A stretch of 63,724 nucleotides of DNA from Octopus bimaculoides (Eukaryota): assembly GCF_001194135.2 (NCBI RefSeq), contig NC_068988.1, positions 91,446,225 through 91,509,948 on the forward strand. Reading direction: 5' to 3'. Below are positions 39,191 through 51,829 of the stretch, piece after piece (position 1 is the stretch's first letter; every line of letters begins with the position of its first letter). The position numbers and the translations under genes are program-made. The notes under the pieces are model-generated. The model saw nothing but the letters and a program-made list of their open reading frames with translations, was not told where the DNA came from and ran no database searches.

Positions 39191-40469
39191 AAAAATTTCA
39201 AATATATAATATAATAATATAATATAATATAAGTCGATATAGTAAAATAAAATGACATGAAGAAATGGGGTACCATAAAGTAGTCTATCGGTTGAAAAAA
39301 CAAGGAGAGAAAGTGATTTAACACCACTTAGAATTAAAGTTCAAAGTTCTTCAACTCCCTCGGGCACATTTCACACCTCAAAACCAGTAGACACCAAAAG
39401 GCAATTTAGTACCAATCCGGCACACACAAGAGCGCACAACAGGCACCCAGCAGGTATCAACAGGCAAAAGTCCAATTCCGCTCACCATGTCAAAAAGGGT
39501 TCACCACACATGAGCCCAAAACAGTTACAGCACACTGCAGATATCCATCAGTAAAAACAATTTCACGAATTTCAAACAATACCTATAGCCATTTCGGAGG
39601 TACACCACTGTATTTCAGAACACAATAGAGTGTAAATAGGTGATGACCCCCTTGTCAGGGTAAACACACGTACAAAGTCACGACATGCACAAGAGGGGGG
39701 GGGTGATTTCTATAAAGAGCAAATATGTATAAAAGAAAAGTGCCATTTTAGAATAGCCAAACAGGCTGCAGTATCAAAACCAATCGACGAGGTTTCAATT
39801 CAACCTAACGTAAACTATTAAATTTGTTATGATTTCTTACTTTTAAATTTATTTTTATCTCTATAGAGATAACTGACACTGTATAGAGATAAAAANNNNN
39901 NNNNNATAGGCTGGTCCATTTTGTTTATATATATTTGCTCTTTATAGAAATCATTTTTTTTTTTTTCCCCTTGTGCATGTCTTGACTTTGTACATGTGTT
40001 TACCCTGACGAGGGGTCATCACCAATTTACACTCTATTGTGTTCTGAAATACAGTGGTGTACCTCCGAAATGGCCATAGGTATTGTTTGAAATTCGTGAA
40101 ATTGTTTTTACTGTTGGATACCTGCGGTGTGCTGTAACTGTTTTTGGCTCGTGTGGTGAACCCTTTTTGACATGGTGAGCGGAATTGAACTTTTGCCTGT
40201 TGATACCTGCTGGGTGCCTGTTGTGCGCTCTTGTGTGTGCCGGATTGGTGCTAAATTGCCTTTTGGTGTCTACTGGTTTTGAGGTGTGAAATGTGCCCGA
40301 GGGAGTTGAAGAACTTTGAACTTTAATTCTAAGTGGTGTTAAATCACTTTCTCTCCTTGTTTTTTCAACCGATAGACTACTTTATGGTACCCCATTTCTT
40401 CATGTCATTTTATTTTACTATATCGACTTATATTATATTATATTATTATATTATATATTTGAAATTTTT
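39191..40469. mobile_element. Inverted duplication (arms about 39191-39758 and 39909-40469) of a hammerhead-bearing repeat, probably Penelope-like pLTR sequence
   Basis: The arms are reverse complements with roughly 2-4% differences by eye, many of them at CpG. Each contains a hammerhead core. The left arm abuts an N gap. Confidence 0.75.
40001..40082 (+). ncRNA. Type I hammerhead ribozyme with palindromic stem III
   Basis: Stem I is TACC(40001)/GGTA(40079). Core CTGACGA at 40005-11. Stem II is GG-GGT/ACC-T-CC plus CACCA/TGGTG. GAAA at 40067-70. Stem III is ATGGCCAT. The cleavage triplet is AUA (cut after 40078). Confidence 0.85.
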
Positions 40470-40689
40470 ACTCCTTCCGTATTAACTTCTATTCGTATTT
40501 ATTTAAACTTTTTTAACTTCTATGAAATGATATTCACGTGTGTTTGTGAATATATATAAAACCACACACATTCACACATAATTTGAAATTATTTCTTGCA
40601 TTAATTAAATTGTATATTATATATCAACATTGATTATATCGTATGTATTATTTTATTCTGTGAAAGATAGCTGGGTTTTACATTTTCAG

Positions 40690-43320
40690 GTTATTGCTAA
40701 TACAAGTACTGAAAGTAAGCATATAACTGTAAAGATGTATGATGTAAAAACATTACCACAGCATACATTTCATGCAGTCAACCAGAAATATAAGCTGACT
40801 ATTTAATCCCAAATGTTCTAACATGAGAAATATAAGATTTATCAGAGCTACATTTACTCTAAAATAAAAGAAAATATCTGCAATAATAATTTTTCCAGAT
40901 TGTTAAACCTCAGCTTTATAAAGGAAAAGAAAATTTTATTTATTTATTTTTGTATATTTAATCTATATCAGTGAACCATTGTCTATATAATCTATCCTGT
41001 TTACCATAAACTAGTTCAAAATCTTTTCATTTATTGCCTAATAAAAGCAAATCTCAGCTTATATGTTTCAGTTTGTTGCTTGGAAATATTTTCTTATTAG
41101 ATTTTATTTTAATACTCATTGAACCTGTTTGATTATGAAAATGGACTACAAGCTTTGTAAACATTTTCTTTAATTTACTAAGAATTTTTGAAGGAAACCA
41201 TAACCTGTGTTGCTAGAATTTTTTTTTTTTTTTTCTAAATTAATAGCATTGACATATTAGTCATTTTCTTTTCTTGTTTAAAATCACTTATTTTATCTTT
41301 CGTTTCTGAATTAATTTGTTTAATACTAATATTTCTTCATTCATATTTCCATGTTTCATTTCTCATTTCCAACCTGAATTTTTGTGATTATTTTACCTGT
41401 ATTTGTCAAAAACCAACAATAGTAATAATAATTTCTGAAATAAATAGCCAAATCTTTGTTTATTATAGTACTTAGTTTTTGTAGAGAATATCACACATTC
41501 AGTATCATAAGTTCTCAGGCAGTGATTTCTTTCTGCCCAGCATGATGTCCAGTTTGAACATTCCAGACATCCACAGGAATGCCTGTCATCAACGTGGAAA
41601 GATACTTGCTTCAGCCTGTCATCCATTTCTCACCAGCACCCTGGGTCCCCAGTGCTGACACATCGGCTACCTTGGATGTGATAGCATGGATGAATAAATG
41701 TTATCCAATAGTATTCATACAGTTTCTTGCCTGGTTTCCTCAGTTTCCTGGTTCAGCAGAGCAACTACCCTCCTCCTTTTGCAGCGTATTAGTTGAGAGG
41801 GCCACCTCCCCCACCAATCGCCAGCTAGGGGTTAAAGAAGATTAAAAAAAGAAAAAGAGGGTCTCTGTTTGAACATCTTTACTTTAATGTGGAACAACTA
41901 AAACCAATCAGGGAAATATGTAGAGAATTGTAAATTCAAACAAAATAAATAAAGATGCGGGACAGCAGCTGAAATGTTTTTATTCCACATTCTCTTCTGA
42001 TGGATAAATTAGTTTAGTTGTGCATATGATATGGGGCTTTATTTGCATCTTAGTCTTAGTTCTTCCTGTTCCCCCACCTAGAGCATTGGGTGATAAGAGA
42101 TCTCTACTCAGTACAGTTCCCAGCCTCGTAAACATCACAGATTTGTAAGAACTACATCCCCTTCACAAGAATAAAATTGATGGACCAATAAAAAAAAATG
42201 CTTGCCAAAAGATAACAAACCCTGAAACTGTTCTCTCTTTTCCTTGTAGTGTATTACTAAAAACTTGACATATACCTCACCACCACAAGAGAGGCTTTGA
42301 CTGGTCTCTTGTAAGCATGCATAGTATATGGTTGAGCATCTACCCTGATCACAGCAATGATATATCATAGATTATTACTCAGCCTACCACTTTTCGTGAC
42401 TTATTCATTTGTGATGAAATCATTCCAAGAAATTCTTAATAGGTCCTAAAGCAATGCCTGGTGAAGACATCTGTACTCCTATAGATTTTGCTGGTCTTTT
42501 TCTATGTCTTGCATTGTTCTTGGAACATAAAGTCGGATGAAATAGCACTAAGCATTTTGCCTCACATGCTAAAGATTCTACCAGCCTGCCACCTTAAATA
42601 TACTATTATTATTGAGCACAAATTTGTAAAAGGAAATAGACATCAGTCTGCTATAAGTGTAGAAGGAAACTTCCATTTTTTACATAGAAAATAACTTTTC
42701 AAACGAATCTGTTCTTTTACATAGAAAATGCTTTCGTTACAAATAACACTTACCCATTTACAGTTACTTTTCTACCTGAGCAATGCTGAATTTTCTCATT
42801 TTCAAACTGCATTTTGTATTCAGTTGGAAAGTGTCTTGTGAATAACTTTATAATTAATAAGATCATCAATGCCAGATTTAAAATTACACTATGGTAACAT
42901 CTGTAATTATATTCAGGATCATTTGCTAGACACTGAAACATCACAGTATTTCTTATTTGATATTCTTTTAGTCACCTAAAATAACTTCAAATGAAAAATA
43001 CAGTAATGCCAAAATGAATAAATAATCTTTATTACATGCATTGAGTTTTCTGTTCCTCTTTCATTCAAAATACTCCAATGTAATATTGTTTTTGGTGGCT
43101 TATAAGATACCTCTGGATTTTGACAGACTCTAGACTTTTGCTAGACTTACTATCAAAGATGGCTTTCAAAATACAATTTTTGCTTCAATATTTGATTTAG
43201 ACCAAAATTCTTGCAGTTTAATTTTATCTCTATGTTGTATTTAAATTTCTTATTTCATGTATGGTATATGCACTTTTTACGATCTTTTCTAATGAGTTGT
43301 AGTGCACATGAGCACTATAT
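40690..43320 (+). pseudogene. MEI1: MEI1 relic blocks about aa 645-800 (40690-40714, 41072-41156, 42725-42841, 43217-43320)
   Basis: A 25-nt cag|...|gtaagc mini-exon. SLNLFD vs SLAFLSD after a frameshift. KMLSLQITLTHLQLLFYLS...LESVL (vs RQRQYCILLLFYLA...VQSFL) ends in TGA at 42839. YMHFLRSFLMSCSAH has two internal deletions relative to human. Confidence 0.7.
41490..41850 (-). mobile_element. RTE LINE 5' UTR and start of endonuclease relic
   Basis: The minus strand has a GC-richer 5'UTR-like segment followed by VWNVQT...EITA*EL, resembling the RTE APE start (TWNVRT...ARELDR). Confidence 0.55.
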
Positions 43321-43826
43321 AATAAGTTCATTCATTATTATTATTATATCCTTGCTTAGTTTTAAAATATTTAAGCGTGTATATCAAATAGCAAGAAAAG
43401 CTAATGCCAAATGATGCTATGCTTATATTTCATATAAAGTAAATGCATTATTTAAACCATCCTGGTCTGTTGTTGAATTGAAATTAATAATTCATTGCAT
43501 ATCTTAACAAAATAATTGTTCAGCTTGTAATAGACTAATTAATAAAAAGTTATATCGATACTGGATTGTGATTACGAGTTTGTTTTCTTGCAGTAAGATG
43601 TACCCTTGTTTTAAAGTTTACTGACCTTTTGATGGATTGTATTTTAAAAGGCCGTTTGCCTTTTTTAATTCGTCTACAGGTAATTCATTATTTCTGAAAT
43701 AAGAACACAAACTTTCTCATTAAATGCTTGCTTCTTCACCTTGTTAACTTTCAGGTTTAAGTCGTTGTTTCAGTGTTTGTGTAATTAGAAAAAAAAAAAC
43801 ATTCCAATAACTCTGTATATTAACAC

Positions 43827-44060
43827 AAGGCGGTGAGCTGGCAGAAACGTTAGCACGCCGGGCGAAATGCTTAGCGGTATTTCGTCTACCGCTACATTCT
43901 GAGTTCAAATTCCGCCGAGGTCGACTCTGCCTTTCATCCTTTCGGGGTCGATTAAATAAGTACCAGTTACGCACTGGGGTCGGTATAATCGACTTAATCC
44001 ATTTGTCTGTCCTTGTTTGTCCCCTCTGTGTGTAGCCCCTTGTGGGTAGTAAAGAAATAA
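43827..44060 (+). mobile_element. Young full-length tRNA-derived SINE
   Basis: CpG-rich. Head AAGGCGGTGAGCTGGCAGAAACGTTAGCACGCCGGGCG; B-box-like GAGTTCAAATTCC; central GCCTTTCATCCTTTCGGGGTCGATTAAATAAGTACCAG (resembles the Meta-SINE-type core, from memory); tail GTAAAGAAATAA. Confidence 0.9.
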
Positions 44061-45379
44061 CACAAGTAGAAGTCCATTGTCCTTACTATTTTGATGTTGA
44101 AATATGCAAAACACCTTTTTCTATAAAGGATTCATTTGTTATTGCAGCTGTAAACAGCACAAATTAGTAAGAACTATCTCTCCTTCACAAAAATAAAATT
44201 GATGGACCAAAAAAAAAAAAATGCTAACCAAAGGATAACAAACCCTGAAATTGTTCTCTCTCTACCTTTTATTGTATTACAAAGAACTTGACATATGCCC
44301 CACCACCACAAGATATGTTCAGCAATTGACTGTTTTAAACTTATAGTTTATTTTAGCATTTTAAAGTTTTAGTATTAAAGATTAAGTTTAATATGTCTAC
44401 AGTATTTAGGTTAGTGTTTCACTAGGATGTTGAGCTTCACAGAGGAGGTGACAAAGAACCAAGATGATTGAATTCACTGTGCTCGAAAGGCCCATTCCTC
44501 TTAGTAAAAAATGAGGTCTTAAAAGTATATCATTTATGTATATGTCCATCCACCCAATCTGTCTCTATCTAGCCTCTCCCCACCAACTCATCCTCTCAAT
44601 ACCCATCCCGCTATCACTTTTCTAACTATGGTACTATTCACTCAACTGCTGGAATTATGTGAGAGCAGAACTGTTCATATTTCATCTCCCTTTTGTGCTA
44701 CCAGTTATCCCTTTCCTTAGAATCACTTCCTTTTGTCACCCATCCCACATTCCCAATATCAACCTTTACTATTGAACTCTATTTTTCCCTGAATAGCTTC
44801 TCATATCTGCCATCAATGACCCCTCTCACACCTTTGTTTATCACTCACCGTTTCCAACCTTACATACCTCTGACCTCTCTCTATCACTTCACATCATCTC
44901 CAAATTTCTCATTTATTTATGGTTTTATAATATTGTTACCCTCCACTCCCCCCACTTATTTGTATTAACCTATTCTTATTTCCTTCATCTTCCCCCACCA
45001 AGTGTTATAGTCACCATTGACTGTGCCTCTACCCATGTTCACCATTTACTGCATTCATGTCTATCTCCATCACTAACCATCTGTCTTTCTCCTTTCATAT
45101 TTGCATGAACTTACCAGCCATCCCAACCTTTCTAATCTTCTGTTCCACTTCTTTCTTATAATCACCTTCTTTCAGCATGAAGATAACACCCTGACACCTC
45201 ATCACTGTTTTTTTCTTCTTTTTTTTCCACTTGTGGCAACCATGTATCTCCTCTACAGCAAGACACTTGTTCTTGTTCCTATGTCATATTTTAGCCTCTC
45301 AACACCTAGCATAAAGCCACCTCCCTCACTATTATATCCCTACCCTGTTGAGCTGCCTTCTTATCTTGCAATTTACTTA

Positions 45380-45570
45380 GTGACCTTGCTAGTGCCAGTG
45401 CCACAAAAAGCATTGGTACACATTGTAAAGTGGTTGGCATTAGGAAGGGCATCCAGCCATAGAAACAATGCCAAACCAGACACTGGAGCTCAGTGCAGCC
45501 CTCTGGCTCCTCATCTTGTTCAACCATCCAACCTTTGCCAGCATGGAAGACAGACACTAAGTAATGATGA
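45380..45570 (+). mobile_element. Diverged (GAT)n-tailed SINE, 3' part
   Basis: GGCATTAGGAAGGGCATCCAGCC...CAGCATGGAAGACAGACACTAAGTAATGATGA. Confidence 0.75.
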
Positions 45571-45900
45571 ACCTACAAAGATTGATCTTGTCTTTTTACC
45601 TTTCCAAAGTGGAAGAGCAATAAAATAAATATCAGTAATTATAATGAGACTAATTTAATTGACTCTGCTCTTCCACTACAGAATTAGCTTCACTTTCAAA
45701 TAATGGTAGCAATTCTTGAAGAGCAAGTTCCAGCTCTGGTGAACTGAGTTACACACAGCTCATGGCAAAATAAATAAAACTATTGTGGTTTTAAACCGAA
45801 ATTAAAATCATTTGTACCACAGAATATTCTGCAAAAAGCACAACTAATTACATCTTATTTTGCCTTTCTCTTAAATATCATTCTTTAATATCAAACCAGT

Positions 45901-46281
45901 GGAGGCACAATGGCCCAGTGGTTAGGGCAGCGGACACGCGGTCATAAGATTGCGGTTTTGATTCCCAGACCGGGCGTTGTGAGTGTTTATTGAGCGAAAA
46001 CACCAAAAGCTCCACGAGGCTCCAGCAGGGGATGGTGGCGAACCCTGCTGTACTCTTTCACCACAACTTTCTCTCACTCTTATTTCCTGTTTCTGTTGTG
46101 TCTGTAATTCAAAGGGTCAGCCTTGTCACACTGTGTCACGCTGAATACCCCCGAGAACTACGTTAAGGGTACACGTGTCTGTGGAGTGCTCAGCCACTTG
46201 CACGTTAATTTCACGAGCAGGCTGTTCCGTTGATCGGATTAACTGGAACCCTCGACGTCGTAAGCAACGGAGTGCCAACAA
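45901..46281 (+). mobile_element. tRNA-derived SINE resembling the octopus OR-type family
   Basis: Head GGAGGCACAATGGCCCAGTGGTTAGGGCAGCGG...GGTTTTGATTCCCAGACC; about 95% similar by eye to 53321-53703. Confidence 0.9.
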
Positions 46282-49200
46282 TCCTTACCATGTTAACAAA
46301 ATTATGGAAAACTAAATGTCATATATTACATTTGTATCTCTCATTTTTCATAGTTACAGTTCAGATCCCTCCAAGGACCACTTTACCTTTCATCCTTCTA
46401 GATTCGATGAAGTAAAATACTAGTTTACTATTGGTGAGAATGAGTCGTTATACTCGACACCTCCCTTCCCACAAAATTTCACGTTTTGTATTTATTCAGA
46501 GATCATTATAGAGGGGAAACAACTCACCCAATTTTCAGATTGTTTCCCTTCGTAGATTTTACTGACTCAAGTAGGTTGTTGATATAACTAAGATAGATTA
46601 ATAAAATTTTCTCAACATGTGCACTTAGCACGGTTTCTTAATCTTATAAAATGGTAAATTTACACATGCTATTGTTCTTTTTTCTTTTTTTTTTTTACCT
46701 TTTTGCCAAGATATAACGTTGAAGCTGTTACATGAGAAATGTACTGTTAATCTTGACAGTTCTCAAATTTATATTGGGAAAGAAACATTTCAGCACTGAA
46801 CTGTAGATAGTCGTATCTGGAATGCTTTTGATCTTATCTTGGCTTGATTGTGGCTGATTTGAGGCTTAAACGACAGTAACTTGTGTACAGTTAAATGGCC
46901 TCAAATATACAGTTAAATATCTTAGTCATAGACAAAGTGAAACACTAATAAGATATGAACATATCAATCCTTCCACCAAATAGCTAAACTTATCATTTTA
47001 ATCATTTGTGACCATCACTACTGAATCACAGGCATCTGACCAATGTAAGAATAATCTTTATACATATCAAAGCAATTATGAATTGAAATAACCTTTTGGT
47101 AGACCTAGAAGGCTCATTTCAATCAAAACAACATAGTGTTATGCTTTTTGGTTATAATATAGACATGTAGAAATAGCCAAAGTACTAAATACTTTATAAT
47201 GAAGTAAACACTAGTTACCAATAAGCTAATGCAATGCATTCTTGTCAGAACATTAAGTGCCAAAATAGGTGTCATAAAGCATTTCATCTGACCCTCTTAT
47301 AGTTCTGCCAATCTATCATTCTAGATTGGTACTTTTTTTTTATTGCCCCTGAAAGGATGAAAGACAAAATTGATTTTGGTAGGATTTGAACTCATTTAGA
47401 ACAGATATTATGAGGCATTCTATTCAACACTCAAACAATTCCATCCAATTTATCACTTTTTGAGTAAATAATTTAACAGCCTAGCTATGTTGACACCATA
47501 TTTATTCAACATAAATATAAATTCATATCAAAATATTTTTCTTATGAGTAGCATGTTATATTGTAGGCTCTCAAGTATTCAAATCTATTATTTGAGCGCT
47601 GTCCTTCTTCTGTTAAAGAAAATCTGAATTTAAAACCACAACATCAAAATAATTTGTAAGTATTTCATTAGATAGCCATTTTAAAATGTCTTTTTATTTG
47701 ATTCTTGTTTCTGAATTCTGTGTGTGTGTGTAGGGTGAGGATTAGACTACCTGACTGAATAAAATTAAACTTGTCCTAAATTATATCCTAGCTGTATAGT
47801 AAGGATTAAAGTTATAGCAGCCACTGAGCTAATGTTGTCCTTTCCCTGATATTTTTCATTAGGTATATTAACACTAAGATAACTATGTAATTGAAATGTT
47901 CAAATCATCTTGGAAATTTTTCATCATCATCAAAATAATAATCATTTCTAAGTGTTACATAAAATTACATATTTAGGGGTTATGTTTGATTTCATCAAAG
48001 CCACTGTTTTACATGTACTTAATGTAAAAGATGTGAGCATATTTTGTTATTGCTAGCCTTCCATACTTGCTTCTATTTGTTACAGCTCATACAAACAGTT
48101 AAACATACATACATGCATGCAGCCATACACACGCATACACACTTACTCACTCACTCACTCACATACATAGGCAAATATTATGGTTTTCATTCAATTCAGC
48201 CTTGTTTGGCCTCTACACACTTGTTAACTGCAGTTCAGTGGGTTAAAAACTACATGTATGGCAGAGAGCAGCCTAACTGCTTTGAGTAATTATGTATGGC
48301 AATGTAGCAGAAACCAACTTAGTTTGACTTTTGATTAGTTATAACTATAGTCAAACTGAAAGCTACCCACAACTCTCTGGAGCCTGCCAATGCCTATACA
48401 CAGATCTGTTAATTTGACCGTGTGAGTGTTGTTACTATGGTGAGAGCAATACCAATCTGCATCATAACTTGGCATGTTGACTCTCAATCACACAGAAACA
48501 TGCCTGTTATCAGACGTACAAGTCATTATTCTATATTCGCGGCATCGTTTCTGTTTTTACTTGTGAATATTTAAAACTGAATATTTTGCAAAGCATGAAG
48601 TTAGATGCTTTAAACTGTATTACCAATTGTGTTGCCATCTGTATGCCAAGATCAGTTTCTTCATCTTGACAGGAAGAAAAACATGTATTTGTTGGTTTAA
48701 ATACACACAACCTACTTTTCAAGTTATTTATTCACATTAAACAGTGGACTCTGTCATCATTATAAGATGTTGGTTCTATAAACATATTCTGCTGTCTATC
48801 ATATTCTTGTTAAATATAAAATATGAAAGCAACTGCCAATTTTGTCACTTGCTATACCTTTTCTAATAAGATACTTTTATAATGTTTTCCAATTATAGCT
48901 GGTTTCATAATATATTTTTCTGTTTTTTTGTGTTGTTATTTTTTTAATATTTTGTTAAATCCATTTTACTTTCAGAAAAAGTATCATCAAGCTGATATCA
49001 ACTGTTGGTGGTAAGGGAAATATTAGTAACTTTATAAATAGAGAACATATGGTATTGTTTTAGTGAGTGCATATGTGAGAGAAAGTGAAGTAGAGAACAG
49101 CATTTAAATCGAAATTTTTCACCTGATCAGGTTAATTAAACATTGATTGGGCTAACTAAAACTAAAATCATTTTCTAAAACTAAAATCATTTTCAAATTT

Positions 49201-49950
49201 AAAACAAATGAATAGAATATTGTTTATCAACTATATTAAATATATGTGATGATGATGTGATATGAAAATATTTTTCTTTCTTTTAGATTATGAATTCCAG
49301 GTGGCCATTGTTGAATACACATTTCGATCCATCTCTAAGAAATGCCGCTCGCAAAATCTCTCTAATTTATCTGATCCCAATATATTCTCTTTCATCAATT
49401 CTATCAAGGATGAAACATTCGAAAGTGTAAATATATTTATATGTACTATGATATTTCTCTGCTTATTTCAATAAGTAGCTATAAATTCATTTTGACACGA
49501 TTTTGTCTGCAATTAATCCCGTAAGTTAATCCCAGCTTACTTGAGATGTTAGAACAACAAAATTTAATATTTTCATGTCAAAATTTCTTTAAATTGATCA
49601 GCATTTATTCAAGTAGAATATCCATCATTGTTTCTTCTTTTTTTTTCTGCCACCTGATATCAGCAACAAATCTCCAAAATGCCTTTTTTGTATTTTACTA
49701 GAAATAATAGCCAAATTCCCTTTAAACCACACACTACCATGTCTTTTGAAAGAAAAAGAAAAATATATGAAGGATGCAATGGATTCTGTAGTCTTGATTA
49801 TAAAGCCTGAAAAACGTCAGGATGACCATAGCTAGAACACTTTGATCATAAGTGTGCTTCATCAGGACTGACTAAACAACAGTATCATCATTACTACCAC
49901 CACCAATAACAACAACAACAAAAATCAATAGCTTTTTTTCTTTGGGTTGT

Positions 49951-50019
49951 GGACTTATACATAGCCCAGTTATGGACTTATACATAGCCCAGTTATGGAC
50001 TTAATACATAACCCAGTTT
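49951..50019. repeat. Three tandem copies of a 23-bp unit
   Basis: GGACTTATACATAGCCCAGTTAT three times, the last degenerate. Confidence 0.9.
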
Positions 50020-50540
50020 AGCAGCAGCACTTGGTCCTTGGGTGCCTCTAATGGAGATCACTTTGTTGCAAACATTCATACCAAGACTACAGTTTGAGAA
50101 CAAGTCCCTCCTTTTCTCCCACTAATTTTCAAGGACTCTGAAAAATAGAGCTATGGGATTGTGGACACTGTCCTTCCCTCTTTGACAATATGGTAAAAAT
50201 AGTAATTGGTATTGTTTCATTTCAGTTATATCATTGTAAAGATTTTTTAAAAAGTAACTGATTTTTCCTCTTGTTTTTGGATACTTAAACTAGGATTCAT
50301 TATGAAAAGTGAATATTTATAAATTTGTTTTTAATTTTTACAGGATTGCAGAAAATGTTTTAATGCCTTTAACAGTAACCAAGGAATGTATCAGAGGTAT
50401 GATTAAATAACAAAGTTTATCACATATCAGCAGCTTAAACTGCACCATCACATCTATGCCTAACTATAAAATAACATGTTACATCAATAACTTACCAACT
50501 ATCATATAGATAAAGCAGAATCTGAAAGCTAAACGAGGTA

Positions 50541-51208
50541 CAGACTGTCCTCATTTAACGACCTACCTATTTAACGACCACTCGGAGTTACGACGAGCTT
50601 TACGAGCCGTCATTACATATTTTACAAAATAGAACTTGAGGCAATGGATCCAAATTTTCCAAGGTGGAAAGGCAGACAACTGAACTTTTCCGGTGTTATT
50701 GAGAAATTTATGACGAAAAAAAGAAGATAACAAAGCAAACAACACTGACGGGATTTTTCATGCATTTTGATGTCAAGAATGAGTTGCTTTTGTAATCTTT
50801 ATCCAAAGTAAAACAAAGTTATTATGTTTGAGTTTCCTTTAAACCTTTTCACCTTTTCTATATAATCCTGAGAAAAGTTTATTAGGCATCTTATGTACTG
50901 GGCCTGGAATCACAAACATACTTACAATGTCTGAGCTACAATAATACAGTATCCATATCCTAACTTTTGAGGTTTTCCTTGTGATAATCTTACTGTTATT
51001 TATTCCTTTTTCAACAATTTATGTTCGAGATTCTTGGCCCTGTACTGCATATACTTTATACAGTACGGTATTCTGTTTTTATATGTACGTACAGTATACT
51101 ATACCTATAAAAAAAAAATACGTACCCTATGAATATTCGTTTAACGACGAATTTGCTTAATGACAGGGCTGTTGGAACGTAACTCGGTTGTTAAATGAGG
51201 TCAGTCAG
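50541..51208. mobile_element. Non-autonomous Tigger-type element
   Basis: TA|CAGACTGTCCTCATTTAACGACC ... GGTTGTTAAATGAGGTCAGTCAG|TA; internal TTTAACGAC subterminal repeats. Confidence 0.8.
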
Positions 51209-51829
51209 TATAGTAATTGAGTAATTTACCACTTGTGATTAGAATTTAGTTATTAGACAAAATGAAAATAAAATCCCTATTAGCATCAAGCATCCATTGC
51301 TAAATGAGTACTGTGCTAAATCAATGAAGGCCAAATCAGTTCCACCAAAGCATAACCAACTCCACTTTCTGGTGATGGTCTGTGTCAACAACAATTATTT
51401 TGTAGCCTATTTCATGGAAGAGTTTGGTAAGTTCAGTTGTTGTTAAGAGTAAAGTTGATGTTTCAAAAGGCTGATGTTTCAAGCCCTTTCATTTCATTTG
51501 AGTGCAGAGAGGAAAATAGTGCTGTTCTGTATTTATCTATAACACCACTTTTCCTTCTGCACTTAGTTGAAGCACAAGCCTGAAACTTTAGATTTTCCAC
51601 TCCTTATAATAATTAAAAGTATCAAACTCTTCCATGAATTCTACTATAACAGCATTATACTATCTTCGCTTTTAACCTTTTCTTCTAATATTTCAATATT
51701 CATTGTTATATTCTTGCTTTGTCGTGTAGATTATAGACATGTGTATATTCAGCTTTTGTCGTGTAGTCAGAGTGGCCTGTGCTCTCTATGTAACTCTAAA
51801 TCTTTTCTAATTGTTACATTTTGAAATGG

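Noticed and set aside
42754-42900. Minus-strand exon candidate (acag|ATGTTACC...AATGG|gtaagt) that could splice to 41393-41430
   Set aside because: The peptide resembles nothing I recognise, no further minus-strand exons chain with it, and the + strand of the same DNA matches MEI1 (LLFYL).
44560-45370. C/T-rich segment with faint Penelope/RT-like peptides (for example IELYFSLNSFS)
   Set aside because: Too degraded to assign a family or boundaries by eye.
45901-45975. tRNA genes at SINE heads (also 3375-3446, 16373-16455, 43827, 53321)
   Set aside because: They have A/B boxes but no complete cloverleaf and continue into SINE bodies.
49951-50019. CRISPR-like array
   Set aside because: Head-to-tail units with no spacers in a eukaryotic context; this is a simple minisatellite.
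25411-50396. TERB1, CFAP69 or BRAT1 as the identity of the ARM-like exons
   Set aside because: Only one or two isolated, non-collinear similarities each. MEI1 explains more than 20 blocks in order.
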